From Piromyces finnis finn (Eukaryota > Fungi > Neocallimastigomycota): 64,000 bases of DNA. Below are positions 47,601 to 60,579 of the stretch, one piece after another (positions within the stretch are counted from its first letter, which is position 1; every line of letters begins with the position of its first letter). A model generated the notes under the pieces. That model saw only the letters and a program-made list of their open reading frames with translations. It ran no database searches and was not told the DNA's origin. The stretch is from assembly GCA_002104945.1 (NCBI GenBank), contig MCFH01000098.1:16598-80597 (forward strand), read 5' to 3'. The position numbers were made by a program, and so were the translations under genes.

Positions 47601-48991
47601 ACGACTCTTTTTACATTGACATTTGCAATTTTCTTGAAAATAAGAATCTCCCAGCTCCACATCCACAAAGTAATAAATTCTCTCTTAGTAATAGTTTTCT
47701 TCTTTTTGATAATAGAATCTATGTCCCTTTAAAATGCCGTCCCTCCGTTTTGAAACTCTGTCATGATTCCCCCTCTGCCGGTCATTTTGGTATCCGCAAA
47801 ACTATTTCTTTGATCTCTCGTGACTTTTGGTGGCCATCCATTTCTATTGATGTTAAGAATTATATCCGATCTTGCGAGATTTGTTGCCGCTCCAAGCCTT
47901 CTCGTCATAAACCATATGGTTTACTTCAACCCCTTGAGATTAGTGACCATCCTTGGGCTTCTATTTCTATGGATTTCATTACTGACCTCCCTCCTTCGGA
48001 TGGATTTAACACTATTCTTGTTGTAGTTGACCGCCTTACTAAAATGTGCCACCTCATTCCCTTTAAAGGTATTCCTTCTGCTTCTGATACTGCTTTTGCT
48101 TTTTTGAATTATATTTTCAAAATTCACGGTCTCTCCTCTGAAATTATTTCCGATAGAGGCGCGCAATTCACTTCGAAATTTTGGAAATCTATTTGCCAAT
48201 CTTTGGACGTCAATGTTAAATATTCTTCACCATATCATCATCAATCCAATGGCCAAACGGAGAGGGTAAACTCCGTTGTTGAACAATATTTAAGATGCTT
48301 TTCTAATTATAAAGGAACAAACTGGATCAACTTTCTTCCATTGGCAGAATTCAGTTACAATAATGCTGTTCAAGACTCAACAAAATTCTCACCATTCTTC
48401 CTAAATTATGGTTATCACCCAAAATACTCTCCGGTAATTCCTGACCAAACGAATGTTCCAAGAGCTGAAGAATTTACAAGAGACTTTGAAGACCTAATGG
48501 AGAAACTAAAAGAAAACTTAAAGAAGGCTATCCAAGTTCAAAAGAAATACGCCGACAAGTATAGACAAGAACCTCCGACATTCAAGACTGGTGACAAAGT
48601 ATGGTTGGATAGCTCCTTGATAATTCATAAAGGAAATAAAAAATTTAATCCTAGGAAACTTGGCCCGTTTAGGATAATTAGTAAAATCTCTAATCTCACT
48701 TATAAATTAGAATTACCAAAATCGCTGAAGATTTACCCAATTGTTCATGTTTCAAACCTAGAACCGTATTATGAAGATAGTTTTGGAAGAATCAAAGATC
48801 CACCTCCACCTATAATAGTAAATGAAGAAGAAGAATACGAAGTAGAAGAAATACTTGATAAAAGAAAGCATTATGGGAAGATTCAATATCTAATAAAATG
48901 TAAAGGTTATCCGCTTTCAGAAGCATCTTGGGAACCTGAAAGTAATTTAAACTGCGATGAACTAATTAACAACTTTAATAATTCACATTAG
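44627..48991 (+). CDS. gag-pol: B2 Gag-Pol, 1454 aa (DSV protease variant; chromodomain W to C change, IKCKGY)
   Basis: Same domains and length as B1. Confidence 0.96.
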   Translation: MEGQIFDNASLKDGFAGDRKYLKGFLAKIELVFLLYPERYQDEESKVIYLISRLYGNALNWAATLIDNHDPCLTNYQAFKERLKAFYGNNDAVYVANQMLRTLKQHRLGGIRGYILEFNKYSDESNWNEEAKMDAFIAGLNQEVAMKILEMFPGPRDLFSLQTIAARIDSRLATRGLFFDKNSKGPSSNSSNGSRKASTNLKEHPKKKRSFGPLSKEEKERRSKENLCVYCGSPGHQLKDCHKRRNKNSAFESLVSLQNNSTNSKKKQQDRVTSDFKLSFELDTKILIDSVSTLNLIDVDYCNDHNIPYHYEEDLPNVFGIGGSQKLFGATPPLNLRYMDHLCRTVFYVTDLPVYPCILGLRWLKEHNPSIDFENNKLSFGSSYCLDHCMTLPSNVPEFHQETSVFSTDCNNSSSVSLPIFIDKSKSSFSNSKLSHSRNPKENHSKSVLINNESVNDPLSQETCTVMASNISLSKVDTYSPKNSLKDSNPITKLPKELESYMDVFSESSADQLPPHRPYDCQINLIENAKLFYGPIYPLTDEETRVLKDYIDENLKKGFIRKSKSPAGAPVLFVPKKNGELRLCQDYRELNKITIRDSYPLPLIQDMLEHLGKAKIFSKLDLRSAYNLVRIKKGDEYKTAFTCKFGHFEYLVMPFGLKNAPAVFQHFINDVLENILGIFVYSYIDDLIIFSENHKFHIKHVIEVLDRLRNAGLYAKLEKCEFFVSSIDFLGHRISSEGVHMDPNKVSAIINWPVPSSVKEVQSFIGLANYYRRFIPNFAKVAQPLHRLLRKNVKFDFSSEALDAFNTIKSLISSAPILSHPNRDLPFIVETDSSNFAIGAVLSQKSPDDKMIHPVAFYSRSLTSAERNYPIYDKELLAIVNALETWRHFLKGALTPFTIYSDHRNLLYQKKPEKMSQRLVRWALFLSEFNFKILYRSGSSNGKPDALSRRPDYIDSSLPSDAPFSVLRPENFCALICSISSLNDEILSEYVNDSFYIDICNFLENKNLPAPHPQSNKFSLSNSFLLFDNRIYVPLKCRPSVLKLCHDSPSAGHFGIRKTISLISRDFWWPSISIDVKNYIRSCEICCRSKPSRHKPYGLLQPLEISDHPWASISMDFITDLPPSDGFNTILVVVDRLTKMCHLIPFKGIPSASDTAFAFLNYIFKIHGLSSEIISDRGAQFTSKFWKSICQSLDVNVKYSSPYHHQSNGQTERVNSVVEQYLRCFSNYKGTNWINFLPLAEFSYNNAVQDSTKFSPFFLNYGYHPKYSPVIPDQTNVPRAEEFTRDFEDLMEKLKENLKKAIQVQKKYADKYRQEPPTFKTGDKVWLDSSLIIHKGNKKFNPRKLGPFRIISKISNLTYKLELPKSLKIYPIVHVSNLEPYYEDSFGRIKDPPPPIIVNEEEEYEVEEILDKRKHYGKIQYLIKCKGYPLSEASWEPESNLNCDELINNFNNSH

Positions 48992-49209
48992 TAATAGTTA
49001 TTAATTTAAAAAAAAAATTAGTAATTGATAAGAGAAAAAGAGAATAGAAAATAGAAAATGAAAAAATATATTTATAATTTAATATTCATGTAATTTAAAA
49101 AAAAAAAAAAAAAAATTCAAAATGTATTCACTCGTTTCAATTATTTCTCTTATAATAAAGTAACAAATAAATTTAGTTGATTCGTCTGGTATCCGAATCC
49201 TGGAGGAGG

Positions 49210-49861
49210 TGTAAAATATTCTATTCTAAGTTCAGGTTTGTATACACTAAATCAAACTAACACTAGTTATAAATTTATTTATTATTAAACTTTATTTATT
49301 TATTAAATTATATTAAACTAAACTAAACTAAAACAACCGTTGATTACTTTACCGTGAAGGTTATTTCACCAGAGCCCTCACTAGGTAATCAATTATTAAC
49401 TAATTAAATTAAAACTAATAATCTAAACTAACTATATAACTAAACTATACGATTTTCCAACTATCGTTTCAATAGTTGAAAAATTTTCTTTATTTATACT
49501 TTTTAAATAAATTGAATAAATTCTAATATACATGTTTTAATATTATAATTTTACATTGTTTACATTTATACATTTATTAAAAGAAATTATTTGTATTAAA
49601 CTATTTAAATTCAATTTATTTACTACAGAATTTTCTAAACTTAAAATAAAGTTTTGATTTATTTACTATATGGTTGATTATATTTCAAACATATATTCAA
49701 TTTATTTATTTCTAATTTTGAGGCTTAGTTTATAAAAAAAATTTTTTATTATCTAAAATATTTATTGGTTAAAATTTATTTAATTTAAAATTTTATTTTA
49801 TCATCAAAACTTTATCTTATCATAAAATTATATTTTACATAAATTTATGTTAATGTATTGT
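49210..49861 (-). repeat. C2 3-prime LTR, left part (interrupted by G)
   Basis: TGTAAAATATTCTATTCTAAGTTCAGG..., homologous to the C1 LTR; it continues at 61594. Confidence 0.92.
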
Positions 49862-50280
49862 TGTAACGAAATATTATAATAATAAACACACACACTCTAA
49901 TGTATCAAATATATGTATTTTTTTTTAATAATGTTTATTTATTAAATTTATTATTATAATACGACTAACTCGCTAGGTCAGTGTATTATCAAACTAAAGA
50001 CGAAACAAAAAAAACTAATTTTTATTAATTATTAATAAAAACACTAAAGAACTATTTTATCTTTCTTATTCTCTCCTTTATACATGAAAATTATTTTTTT
50101 TTTTTTTTTAATACAATTTGATAAGTGAATTAATTACTTAATGATTGGTTATAAAAATATAATTATGAAATTTTCATTAATCTAACCTTAATGATTTTCT
50201 AGTCTAACCCTTATCATTAGATATACCTCATTACAAGCTCCTCCTCTAAATTCGGATTCCAGACGAATTTATAAGCTAAT

Positions 50281-50314
<34 letters not shown>

Positions 50315-50347
50315 AGGCAGTTGACTTCATATGAGAATTAAAAGGTG

Positions 50348-50401
50348 TGGTACAATGGTCGAGTAGTTGGCAATGAACTAGAAGGTTGTGGGTTCGAAGT
50401 C
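50348..50401 (+). promoter_or_regulatory. tRNA-like A box / B box segment in the G 3-prime UTR, antisense to G
   Basis: TGGTACAATGG and AGGTT-GTGGG-TTCGAAG with 44-nt spacing. The cloverleaf is not intact. Confidence 0.45.
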
Positions 50402-50675
50402 GGGGTTGGTAGAGTAACTTTGATGTAAGGCGGGTTGGCGCCAAGACTAAAGTATGTCCAACAAGTACTAGAGGTTTCATAGGCAAGGTTCCAATATGGC
50501 CGTTTGATAGTACTTGTTCTTGGTACGCTTGTAAGTCCAGTAAATCCCTATGGGAGCTTCGCCAAAACGGTATCGGTTAAGTTTATTCTAAAAATTAATA
50601 TTCCCTCATTTGTGTCTAAAAATTAATGAAAATTAGTTAATTTTATTATTATTAGTTTTTTTTTTTTTTTTTTTT

Positions 50676-53600
50676 TTAATGGGTCTTGTTGAATTCTCTT
50701 AGCTTTGCTGGACAGTTCAGATTTTCTTCGGGTTCCCATGAGGCTTCTGAAATAGGATATCCTTTCCATTTGATCAAGTACTGAGTTTTGTTATAGCGTC
50801 TTCTTTTGTCCAGAATTTCTTCTACTTCGTATTCCTCCTCTTCGTTTATAATGACAGGTGGTGGAGGTTGAACTTTTCGGTTTGTACTTTTCCCTTCGAA
50901 GTAAGGCTCGAGAGATGATTTATGGAATACCGGATCAATCTTCATGTTACCAGGGAGTTTCAATTTGAATGAGACTTCTGATATTTGTTGTTCAATTTCA
51001 TAGGGACCGAGTTTCCGAGGGGTGAATTTTTTATTTCCCTTAACTAAATTATTATTGATTAACCATACCTTTTCTCCTGGTTTGAATGACGGGCCTGGTT
51101 GTCTATGTCTATTGGCGAAATGTTCTTGTTTCTTTTGGGCTTCCGAAAGGTTTTTCTTGAGGGTGCTGATAATTTCTTTTAATTCTTTTGTGTATTCTTC
51201 AGCTCTTGGAACTTCACTTGTTGTTGGAATTGTTGGATTAAAATTAGGATGGAAACCATAGTTCAAGAAGAAGGGTGTTTGTTTTGCAGATTCTTGAACT
51301 GAATTATTGTAACTAAATTCAGCTAGGCTTAAGTATTCGATCCAGTTAGTGCCTTTGTAATTTGAGAAGCAGCGTAGATATTGTTCTACAACGGAGTTCA
51401 CTCTCTCCGTCTGGCCATTGGATTGGTGGTGATAAGCAGAAGAGTATTTCAAATCAATCTTGAGGGTAGCAAAGAATTTCTTCCAAAACTTTGAAGTGAA
51501 CTGAGAACCTTGGTCGAGAACAATGTCGGAGGGGCATCCATGAAGTTTGAAGACGTTGTTAATGAAAGCTTCGGCAGCACGTTCAGCAGTGGGAACTTTT
51601 TCAAGAGGGATAAAGTGAGCCATTTTTGTCAATCGATCAATGACAACGAAGATACAGGTAAATCCACGAGAAGAGGGGAGGTCAGTGATAAAATCCATAG
51701 CAATGGAAGACCAGGGACGTTCACCTAAAGGAAGAGTGGATAATAACCCGTAAGGTTTATGTCTAGAGGATTTCGAACGACAGCAGACCTCACAAGAACG
51801 GACATATCCTTAACATCCTGATACATTTTGGGCCACCAGTAGTTACGGGAAATCAAGGATAAAGTTTTTGAAATACCAAAATGGCCGGCAGCAGGGGAGT
51901 CATGACAAGAAGACAGAATTTCCACTCGGCAATCATTAGGAACATAGATTTTATCTTGGAAAAGGAGGACGTTGTTACTAAGTTTGTAGTCAGAAGAACA
52001 ATTATCATTGAGAAGTTGATTAGAAGTCTCAATGAAGAATTTGTCAAGTTTACAAGAGAGAGCAATTTTTTCAAGAAGAGAAGAAGGAGTGGATGAAGCA
52101 AAGCAGGAGCTGAAATTTTCGGGACGAAAGACAGAGTTATTAGAATCGGAATTGCAAGAGTGATCAAGATAGTCAGGTCTTCTTGACAAGGCATCGGTTT
52201 TCCCGTTCGAGGAGCCAGGGCGATATTCAATGACAAAATCGAATTCAGCAAGGAAAAGGGACCATCTAATTAATCTCTGAGTCATCTTCTCCGGTTTCTT
52301 CTGAAAAAGGAGGTTTCTGTGGTCTGATATAATTTTGAAAGGATGATTCGCACCTTTCAAAAAATGTCTCCACACTTCTAAGGACGCGACGATAGCCAAA
52401 AGTTCTTTATCATAGATAGGGTAGTTCTTCTCCGGGTTTGTAAGGGATCTAGAAAAGAACGCAACAGGGTGAAGAATATTGTCGGACTTGTTGACTTGAG
52501 ACAATACAGCACCTATGGCGAAGTTACTTGCATCGGTTTCGACAACGAAAGGTAGGTCAACATCAGGATATGCAAGGATAGGCTGACTAATAAAATGCTT
52601 AACCAAAGCATCAAAAGCATCTTGAGCGGTATCGTTCCAAACGAAGGCGGTGTTCTTCTTGCAAAGTTGGTGGAGTGGGTGAGCAATCTTAGCAAAGCCA
52701 GGAATAAATCTACGATAATAGTTGGCTAAGCCTAGGAAAGATTGTAGTTCATGGACCGATTTAGGAGTCGGCCATTCCGCAATGGCTTTCACCTTATTAG
52801 GGTCCATTCCGATACCAGAGGCAGAGATTCTATGACCAAGGAAGTCAAGACAAGGAGAGTCGAATAGACATTTTTCAAGTTTAGCGTACAGTCCGGCTTC
52901 TTCGAGTCTACGAAGGACTTCATTGACGTGTTCATGATGTTCGGCTATATTATCAGAAAAAATGATAATATCGTCAATATACGAAAAGACGAATTTACCG
53001 ATAATGCCTTCAAGAACGTCGTTAATAAAATGTTGGAAGACTGCAGGAGCGTTCTTGAGACCGAAAGGCATTACCAGATATTCGAAATGGCCAAATTGAC
53101 AGGTGAAGGCGGTCTTATATTCATCGCCTTCTTTGATTCTTACCAAGTTATAGGCGGATCGAAGATCTAACTTCGAGAACACCTTAGCTTTTCCTAGATG
53201 ATCCAACATGTCTTGGATCAATGGGAGAGGGTACGAGTTCCTAATGGTGATTTCGTTCAAGCGGCGGTAGTCGATACACATACGAAGTTCTCCACTCTTC
53301 TTCGGGACAAACAGAACGGGAGCACCAGCTGGCGATTTGGATTTGCGGATAAACCCCTTTTTTAAATTTTCATTAATGGTTTCTTCTAATACCTTTGATT
53401 CTTTCTCAGTAAGTCGGTAGATTGGACCATAAAACAAGTTGCTATTTGGTCTCAGGTTGATCTCACAGTCGTACGGGCGATGAGGAGGGAGTTTATCAGC
53501 GAGCCTTTCCTCGAACACTTTGGAGTGTTAAGAGTAGTGAATTGGAATTTGGGGTGACTCAACTTCAGGTTCTTCTAAACAAGTGAATACATTGAAAGGG

Positions 53601-54312
53601 TATTCAGGTGTATTTCCAACTGACATTTCGTCCTTCGATTGGTCTTCGAGTTCAGAAGTGGTAGAGCTAGCAGATTCTTTCCTTAAGCAATTTTCCTTAC
53701 AGTATTCAGAATGATAGGAAACGTCCTTACTAGCAAAATTGATTGTCGGATTGTGAAGGGCCAGCCAATCAGAGCCAAGAATACAACAGTAAGAAGGCAA
53801 TTTTATGACGTAAAATTGTAACTGGCATGAGTGATTCATGTGTTCCACAGTTATAGGCCAAGTCTGGCCGATAATCTTTTGGTGACCTCCGATACCTATA
53901 ATTTGTGGGCATTTTACTTTGGTAATTATAGGGATCTCATGGGCCTTAACAAAGGCGTGGTCTATCAAACAGAATTGTGAACCACTATCTAAGAGAACTT
54001 TAGTTCCGACAGATTTGTATGGAAGAACAACATCAACATCGATAACAGTTTGAGGTAAAGAGGAGTTATCCGAAAGTCGAGTGGATTTTTCTTGTTCATT
54101 CAAAACATGAACCCCAGCATTATTAGTATGGTTTTCCTTTTTGGTTCTAATAGGGCATTCAGATAATCGGTGACCAGGTTTACCACAATATAAGCAGAGA
54201 TTCTCTTTCATTCGGCGGCTACGTTCTTCACTTGAAATGGGGCCAAAATTATTTTCCTTCTTGGGCTGAGTGGATTTACTTGTAGATCTTTCTGAGGAGC
54301 GGGATTGGAAGC
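50676..54312 (-). pseudogene. pol: G gag C-terminus, protease, RT, RNaseH, integrase and chromodomain, with several frameshifts
   Basis: [62 protein letters not shown]. Related to family B. Confidence 0.92.
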
Positions 54313-54953
54313 TGTAATGTTGAACACTGAAAGAATAGATTAGGATATCTATTCTATTACAATAACACAAAATTTAAAATAAAATAAAAAATTGTTTTAT
54401 TAAAAATATCTTTTATTATAATAGAAATTTTATTAATAACAATTACATCGATAAAATGATGAAAAATATCTTCTATTTATATTTTTCCTAAATACATTTA
54501 TATTATATTATAACTATTTATTTCTTATATATTATTATTTAAAATCTACACTAAAATCTTAATTATTAATAAATATTTAAACTATAACTATTTTTAGTAA
54601 AATACAATTGGCAATTCAAATTAAGTACTATTCAATTTGAATATGTGCCCATGTATTATTGATATATTAATCATTTATTATTTATTTATTTCTATGAAAA
54701 AACAATACTAAAACTAGGGATTTAAATTGAGAATATTAATTTACTTGTTAAACATTAAAAATAAATTAATAATTTATTTTGTTTTAAACTTTAATTATTA
54801 ATAAATAAATTATGTCTCATTTTCTTTTTCTGAATATAATTTGTGTAACTTAAACAATAATACTTGTGGCTTAAGTTACATTAAAGATATCAAACAGAGG
54901 CGTTTGATATCTTTACAATCTCTCTCTCTAAGTCGAGCTCCTGCGAGATTAAT

Positions 54954-57900
54954 TTATAAGGAATCTTTTCTCGAAGGAATTTCAATTACAAATGGTTGGT
55001 ATCTATGCTTGATTAGATTACCAACTTTATTCTTTCTAATTTTCATGGAGGAGTCGTTCGACTTATATTTTGACTTTTTAGAGTTTCTTTCAAACTCTTG
55101 TATTAATTGTTTATCTGGAATCTGATCTTCAGAAATCCAAGTGGATTTGTCAAATCCTTTCCATGATAACTTATAAAATGTTTCACCATTAACGGATTTC
55201 ATCTTTTCAATTTTCTCTGGAATTTTTTCAATTAAATCTGTGTTAAGGTGAATGTTCCTCTTCCTACGATTAGACCTGTCGTTAAACATGTTTTCAAAGT
55301 ATGGTTCTAACAATGAAACATGAAAGACTGGATGACATCTCATTGTCTTTGGAAGTTTCAATTTGAAAGCGAGAGAACTAACTTTTTCAATTATCTCAAA
55401 TGGACCAAGCATTTGAGGTGCTAATTTTCTCTTTAGGTTAGTTCCAGGAGAATCTTTCAATAACCATACCTTCTTTCCCACTTCGAACTCCGGGGAATCA
55501 TTCTCTTCATATCGGCATATTTCTTATATGTTTCTTTTGCTTTTTCTAAGTTTTCTTTTAATAATTTAAAGTTTTCATTCATATCAATTACTCTTTGTTC
55601 AGCTCTACTAGGTCTATCATTAGCTGGAATTTCTAAGCTGAACTTTGGATGAAAACCATAATTAGCAAAGAATGGGGATTGATTTATAGATTGTTGTAAA
55701 GTATTATTATATGCAAATTCAGCAAATGGGATAAGATCAACCCAGTTATTCTGCTTTTTATTTATAAAACAACGGAAATATTGTTCTAATATGCCGTTCA
55801 CCCTCTCCGTTTGACCATCTGTCTGCGGATGGTTGGCAGTCGATAATGAATGATTGATATTAAGAAGGTCACAAAGTCTTGACCAAAAGTCAGAAGTAAA
55901 TTGCGAGCCTCTATCAGAAATGATGGAATCAGGAAGACCATGCAAACGGAAGACATTAGCAATAAAAGCATCAGCAGCAATCGAAGCAGTAGGAAGACAA
56001 CGTAAAGGAATGGCGTGAGCAAATTTAGTAAATCTATCGACAACAACCATGAGAGTTGTCATATCTCTGGACTTAGGAAGATCAACAATAAAATCAATAG
56101 AAATATCAGACCAGGGCCTACTGGGAGTGCCCAAGGGGGATAATAATCCATAAGGCTTATGTCTGGGGACTTTGGATTTGCAACAAGTCACGCAAGATTT
56201 GATAAAAGATTTAACGTCTGAATGAAACCTTGGCCACCAAAAGTTTCTGGAAATCAGTTCAGTGGTTTTCTTAATACCGAAATGACCAGCAGCAACAGAA
56301 TCATGATGAAGTTCCAAAACTCTTGTCCTAAGAGATTTAGGAACATAAATAAGATTATTATATAACAAAAATCCTTCATTATCAATAATAACTTTATCAA
56401 TATTTTTAATAGGTGCATTACATGCAGAACCATTCATTTTAAATTGGACAATAGAATTATACAAATCGTCATTTTTAAGTTCTAATAAAATAGAATCGAT
56501 TAACGGTTTGTTATCGCTATGATGAAACGAAATAGTAAGACAAGAAACATCAGAATTAATATTATTCTCTAAATGGTCACTTCTACGAGACAGGATATCA
56601 GGCTTACCGGATTTCTTTCCAGCTCTATAAATGAGTTTAAAATCAAATCTGGATAAGAACAAATTCCATCTAATTTGTCTCTGAGATAACATTTCAGGTT
56701 TTCTAGGAAATGTTAAATTCTTGTGATCAGTATAAATTATGAACGGATGACGTGCACCTTCTAAATAATGACGCCATTCTTCAAGAGCAACTACAATAGC
56801 TAAAAGTTCCTTGTCATATATAGGATAGTTTCTTTGACAACTCGTCAAACTTTTAGAAAGAAATGCAATAGGATGTAATTTGCCATCAAATTCTTGAGAG
56901 AGAATAGCACCGACAGCATAATTACTAGCATCAGTTTCTACAATAAATTGATTATTACTATCCGCATGTTTCAGAATAGGAGCTGACGTGAACAGAGATT
57001 TTAATAAAATAAAAGCGTCCTGATCTTCTTTCACCCAGTTAAAAGCAACATTCTTTCTAGTGAGTTTGTGAAGAGGGTTTGCAATTTTAGCAAAGTCTTT
57101 AATAAAAATTCTGTAATAGTTGCATAAACCAATAAAAGACTGAACCTCTTTAACATTCTTGGGAACCGGCCAATCGAGAATTGCTTTAACTTTATTTTCA
57201 TCCATTTGCAATCCATCCTTTGAAATGACATAACCAAGAAAAGTGGTTTTCTCAACATCAAACTCACATTTTTCTAATTTAACATAAAGATTATTTTCAA
57301 GTAGTTTCTTAAGTACCTTTTTAACATGCACATGATGTTCTTCGATATTATTAGAATAAATAAGAATATCATCAATATATGAGATAACAAAATCGTCTAA
57401 ATAGTCACTAAGGACATCGTTAATGAAGTGTTGAAAAGTTGCAGGTGCATTCTTTAATCCAAAAGGCATAACCAGATATTCAAAATGTCCATATCTAGTA
57501 CGAAAAGCCGTTTTGTATTCGTCACCTTCTTTAATACGAACAAGATTATAAGCGGATTTAAGGTCTAATTTAGTAAAAATCTTAGCATTTTTCACCCTAT
57601 CCAAAAGGTCACTAATTAAAGGTAAAGGATATGAATTACGAATGGTAATATCATTCAACTTTCTATAATCGATACAAAGTCTTAGGGAGCCATCCTTCTT
57701 TTTAACAAATAAAATTGGGGCACCAGCAGGAGACGATGATTTCCTAATAAAACCTTTATTTAAATTATCATCAATATATTTTTTAAGTTCCTCTCTTTCA
57801 ACTTCAGTTAATGGATACAAAGGTCCATAAAATAAAGTCGAATCATCTTTAAGTTTGATTTCACAATCATAAGGTCTATGAGGAGGTAACACTTCACAAT

Positions 57901-59544
57901 TTTTTTCATTAAACACTTCACTAAATTCTAAATATTGGGTTGGTACGGCGACCAATTTATCTTTATTAATATCTTTTCCATTATTATTATTATTACTACA
58001 TGATTCATTATCATTATTACATGTTTCATTAATTTTTGTTACAATACATTTAACTTTTTTATTAAAACTAATATATTCATCATCGCTATCATCTTCATCA
58101 TTGATGGTTCTAACAAGGCGGCCTTTAACATATTCTTTTTCTTCATTGTTTGGGACAGAGGGATCTACTTTCGGCTTTTTGGTCAAGCTTCGGTCGAGAA
58201 CATCATGATCTAACTGATCATTCTTTGACTTCTTTCTTGGTTTTCTCTTTCTTTTGCCTTTATTACAATGTCTGGCACAATAACCAGAACTAAAAGCGAT
58301 TTTCTTAGAGTCGTAGAAAGCATTTGGATTATGCTTCTTTATCCACGGCAAACCAAGAATAACATTAACACCGGGGACTTGTAATCCATAAAGTTGAATT
58401 ACTTCGAAGTGATTTTTGCAACGGAGCATGCACTTCTCAGTCCTTTCCCAAACACTAACAACTCCATCACTAACACCAGATACACGGAATGGTTCTACTT
58501 TTTCCAAATTAATACCAAGGTCTTCAGCAAGACTTGGATTAATGAAATTTAATTCGGAACCGGAATCAATTAAAACCTTAATTTTAACTTCCGAAACTTC
58601 ATTGGTACTCAAGTAAAAATCCACAAGGTTTAAATCACTTTTCACTCCCTTGACTCCAACTTTGTAAATTTTTGGATTGACAATTTTTGGAGTCCTTTCT
58701 TTAACAATTCTTAACACTTTTCTGGGCTTTACTCTATTAGGACAATTAAATTTTAAATGTCCCGGTTGTTTACAAAGAAAACATAACCCTTTTTTCTTTT
58801 CTTCTTCAAAGTTATCTATGTTTTCATTGTAATTTTTACTTGATCCTTGAATATTCACATACCTTTTTCGTTTATTCTCTCTACTAATTTAAATACATCC
58901 ACATCCATAGGATCATTAGCCCTTCTACCATTAAAATAAAATTCACTTAAAGAATTCCTTTTCATCATATCTTCAACTAAAATAGTTGAAGAAATCAATT
59001 GTTCAATTGAAGTTGGGTTTGATTCAATGAAAGCCAACTTCTCCCTAAGTGGTGGTAATAAACCTTTCAGAAACATGTAGATTTTTGCGCTATCATTAAA
59101 GCTTGAATTTTGGCTAATACGTTGAAACTCGGTAATGTAATCTAATACCTGACCAAGTTTCCTTTGGCGAAGATTATCTAATTTTCCGTTAGCTACAACG
59201 GTATCGTATCTATAACTGCCAAAATTAGCCTTCAACCTATCTACAAATTCATCATAATGGTTTAAAACCCCACTATTATTCTTCATCAACACTGAAGCCC
59301 ATTCCAAAGGTTTACCAGAAAAGTATGATATAACGAAGTCGACCTTGACTCGATCTGTATTATACAGTGTCGGTCGAGTACGAAATACCAACTCCACTCT
59401 AGTTAAAAATCCATCCAATTCTCTTTGTTTACCAGAAAATGTCGGTGGAGCATTAATAATGTTCCCCGAGTTCCCGGAAACACCCACATTCCTATCACCC
59501 ATTTCTAAATTTAAATTTTTAAACTCACTAATTAAATCCTCCAA
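54954..59544 (-). pseudogene. gag-pol: D2 Gag-Pol with two 1-nt deletions (near 58890 and near 55490)
   Basis: ORFs 58855-59544, 55457-58858 and 54954-55481 join into a D1-like polyprotein if one A and one C are restored in homopolymer runs. Confidence 0.88.
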
Positions 59545-59610
59545 TTCAAAATATAATATATAATATAAAATTAAAATGGTTTCTTACTACTATTTCAAGT
59601 AAGTAATCTT

Positions 59611-59645
<35 letters not shown>

Positions 59646-59740
59646 ACACTACTACAAATTATCCTAATACAAAAGTTATTCAAACGCGTTCTGCAAAGCA
59701 GTGTCGAACAAGTTTTGTATTACTAATTAATATTGGTTAA

Positions 59741-59933
59741 TTCTTCTTTCTTCTTGCACTCGGTGGTAGTTTCTAATTCTAACCAGTAGTCAAAATTTCT
59801 TCTTTCTTCTTATTCGGCGGTAGTTTCCAATTCTAACCAGTAGTCAAAATTTCTTCTTTCTTCTTATTCGGCGGTAGTTTCCAATTCTAACCAGTAGTTA
59901 AAGTTCTTTCTTGCTTTTTGTACCCGGCGGTAG
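59741..59933. repeat. About 3.5 x 54-bp tandem repeat in the D2 leader
   Basis: Unit CGGCGGTAGTTTCCAATTCTAACCAGTAGTCAAAATTTCTTCTTTCTTCTTATT. Confidence 0.88.
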
Positions 59934-60579
59934 ATACCCTAACGTATTCTCTATCTTCGTTGGGTAATTGTTATTGTAATGTTGAACACTGAAAGAATAG
60001 ATTAGGATATCTATTCTATTACAATAACACAAAATTTAAAATAAAATAAAAAATGTTTTTATTAAAAATATCTTTTATTATAATAGAAATTTTATTAATA
60101 ACAATTACATCGATAAAATGATGAAAAATATCTTCTATTTATATTTTTCCTAAATACATTTATATTATATTATAACTATTTATTTCTTATATATTATTAT
60201 TTAAAATCTACACTAAAATCTTAATTATTAATAAATATTTAAACTATAACTATTTTTAGTAAAATACAATTGGCAATTCAAATTAAGTACTATTCAATTT
60301 GAATATGTGCCCATGTATTATTGATATATTAATCATTTATTATTTATTTATTTCTATGAAAAAAACAATACTAAAACTAGGGATTTAAATTGAGAATATT
60401 AATTTACTTGTTAAACATTAAAATAAATTAATAATTTATTTTGTTTTAAACTTTAATTATTAATAAATAAATTATGTCTCATTTTCTTTTTCTGAATATA
60501 ATTTGTGTAACTTAAACAATAATACTTGTGGCTTAAGTTACATTAAAGATATCAAACAGAGGCGTTTGATATCTTTACA

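Larger units (their letters stand above)
43511..49209 (+). mobile_element. Chromovirus B2: 5-prime LTR 43511-43919, PBS 43920-43929; 3-prime LTR displaced by C2 inserted in the PPT
   Basis: Nearly identical to B1. PPT GGAGGAGG ends at 49209 instead of continuing ACCA-TGTAACG. Confidence 0.93.
54313..60579 (-). mobile_element. Chromovirus D2, complete, TSD GAAGC; LTRs 54313-54917 and 59975-60579; PBS 59964-59974
   Basis: GAAGC at 54308-54312 and 60580-60584. Both LTRs are 605 bp and near-identical. Confidence 0.96.

Noticed and set aside
14923-48991. RIP-like hypermutation of repeats
   Set aside because: B1 and B2 remain nearly identical with open ORFs, and C1 is intact; there is no dense C-to-T signature.
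50341-50410. Functional tRNA genes here or at 43531-43600
   Set aside because: Acceptor and T stems do not pair and there is no canonical anticodon loop. Kept only as tRNA-derived promoter-like motifs.
50217-50486. Extra 89-aa ORF (env-like or accessory) in the G 3-prime UTR
   Set aside because: It runs through a poly-A tract into the LTR and has no recognisable motif or transmembrane segment.
59741-59933. CRISPR-like array
   Set aside because: Contiguous tandem units with no unique spacers, no cas genes, and a eukaryotic retroelement context.
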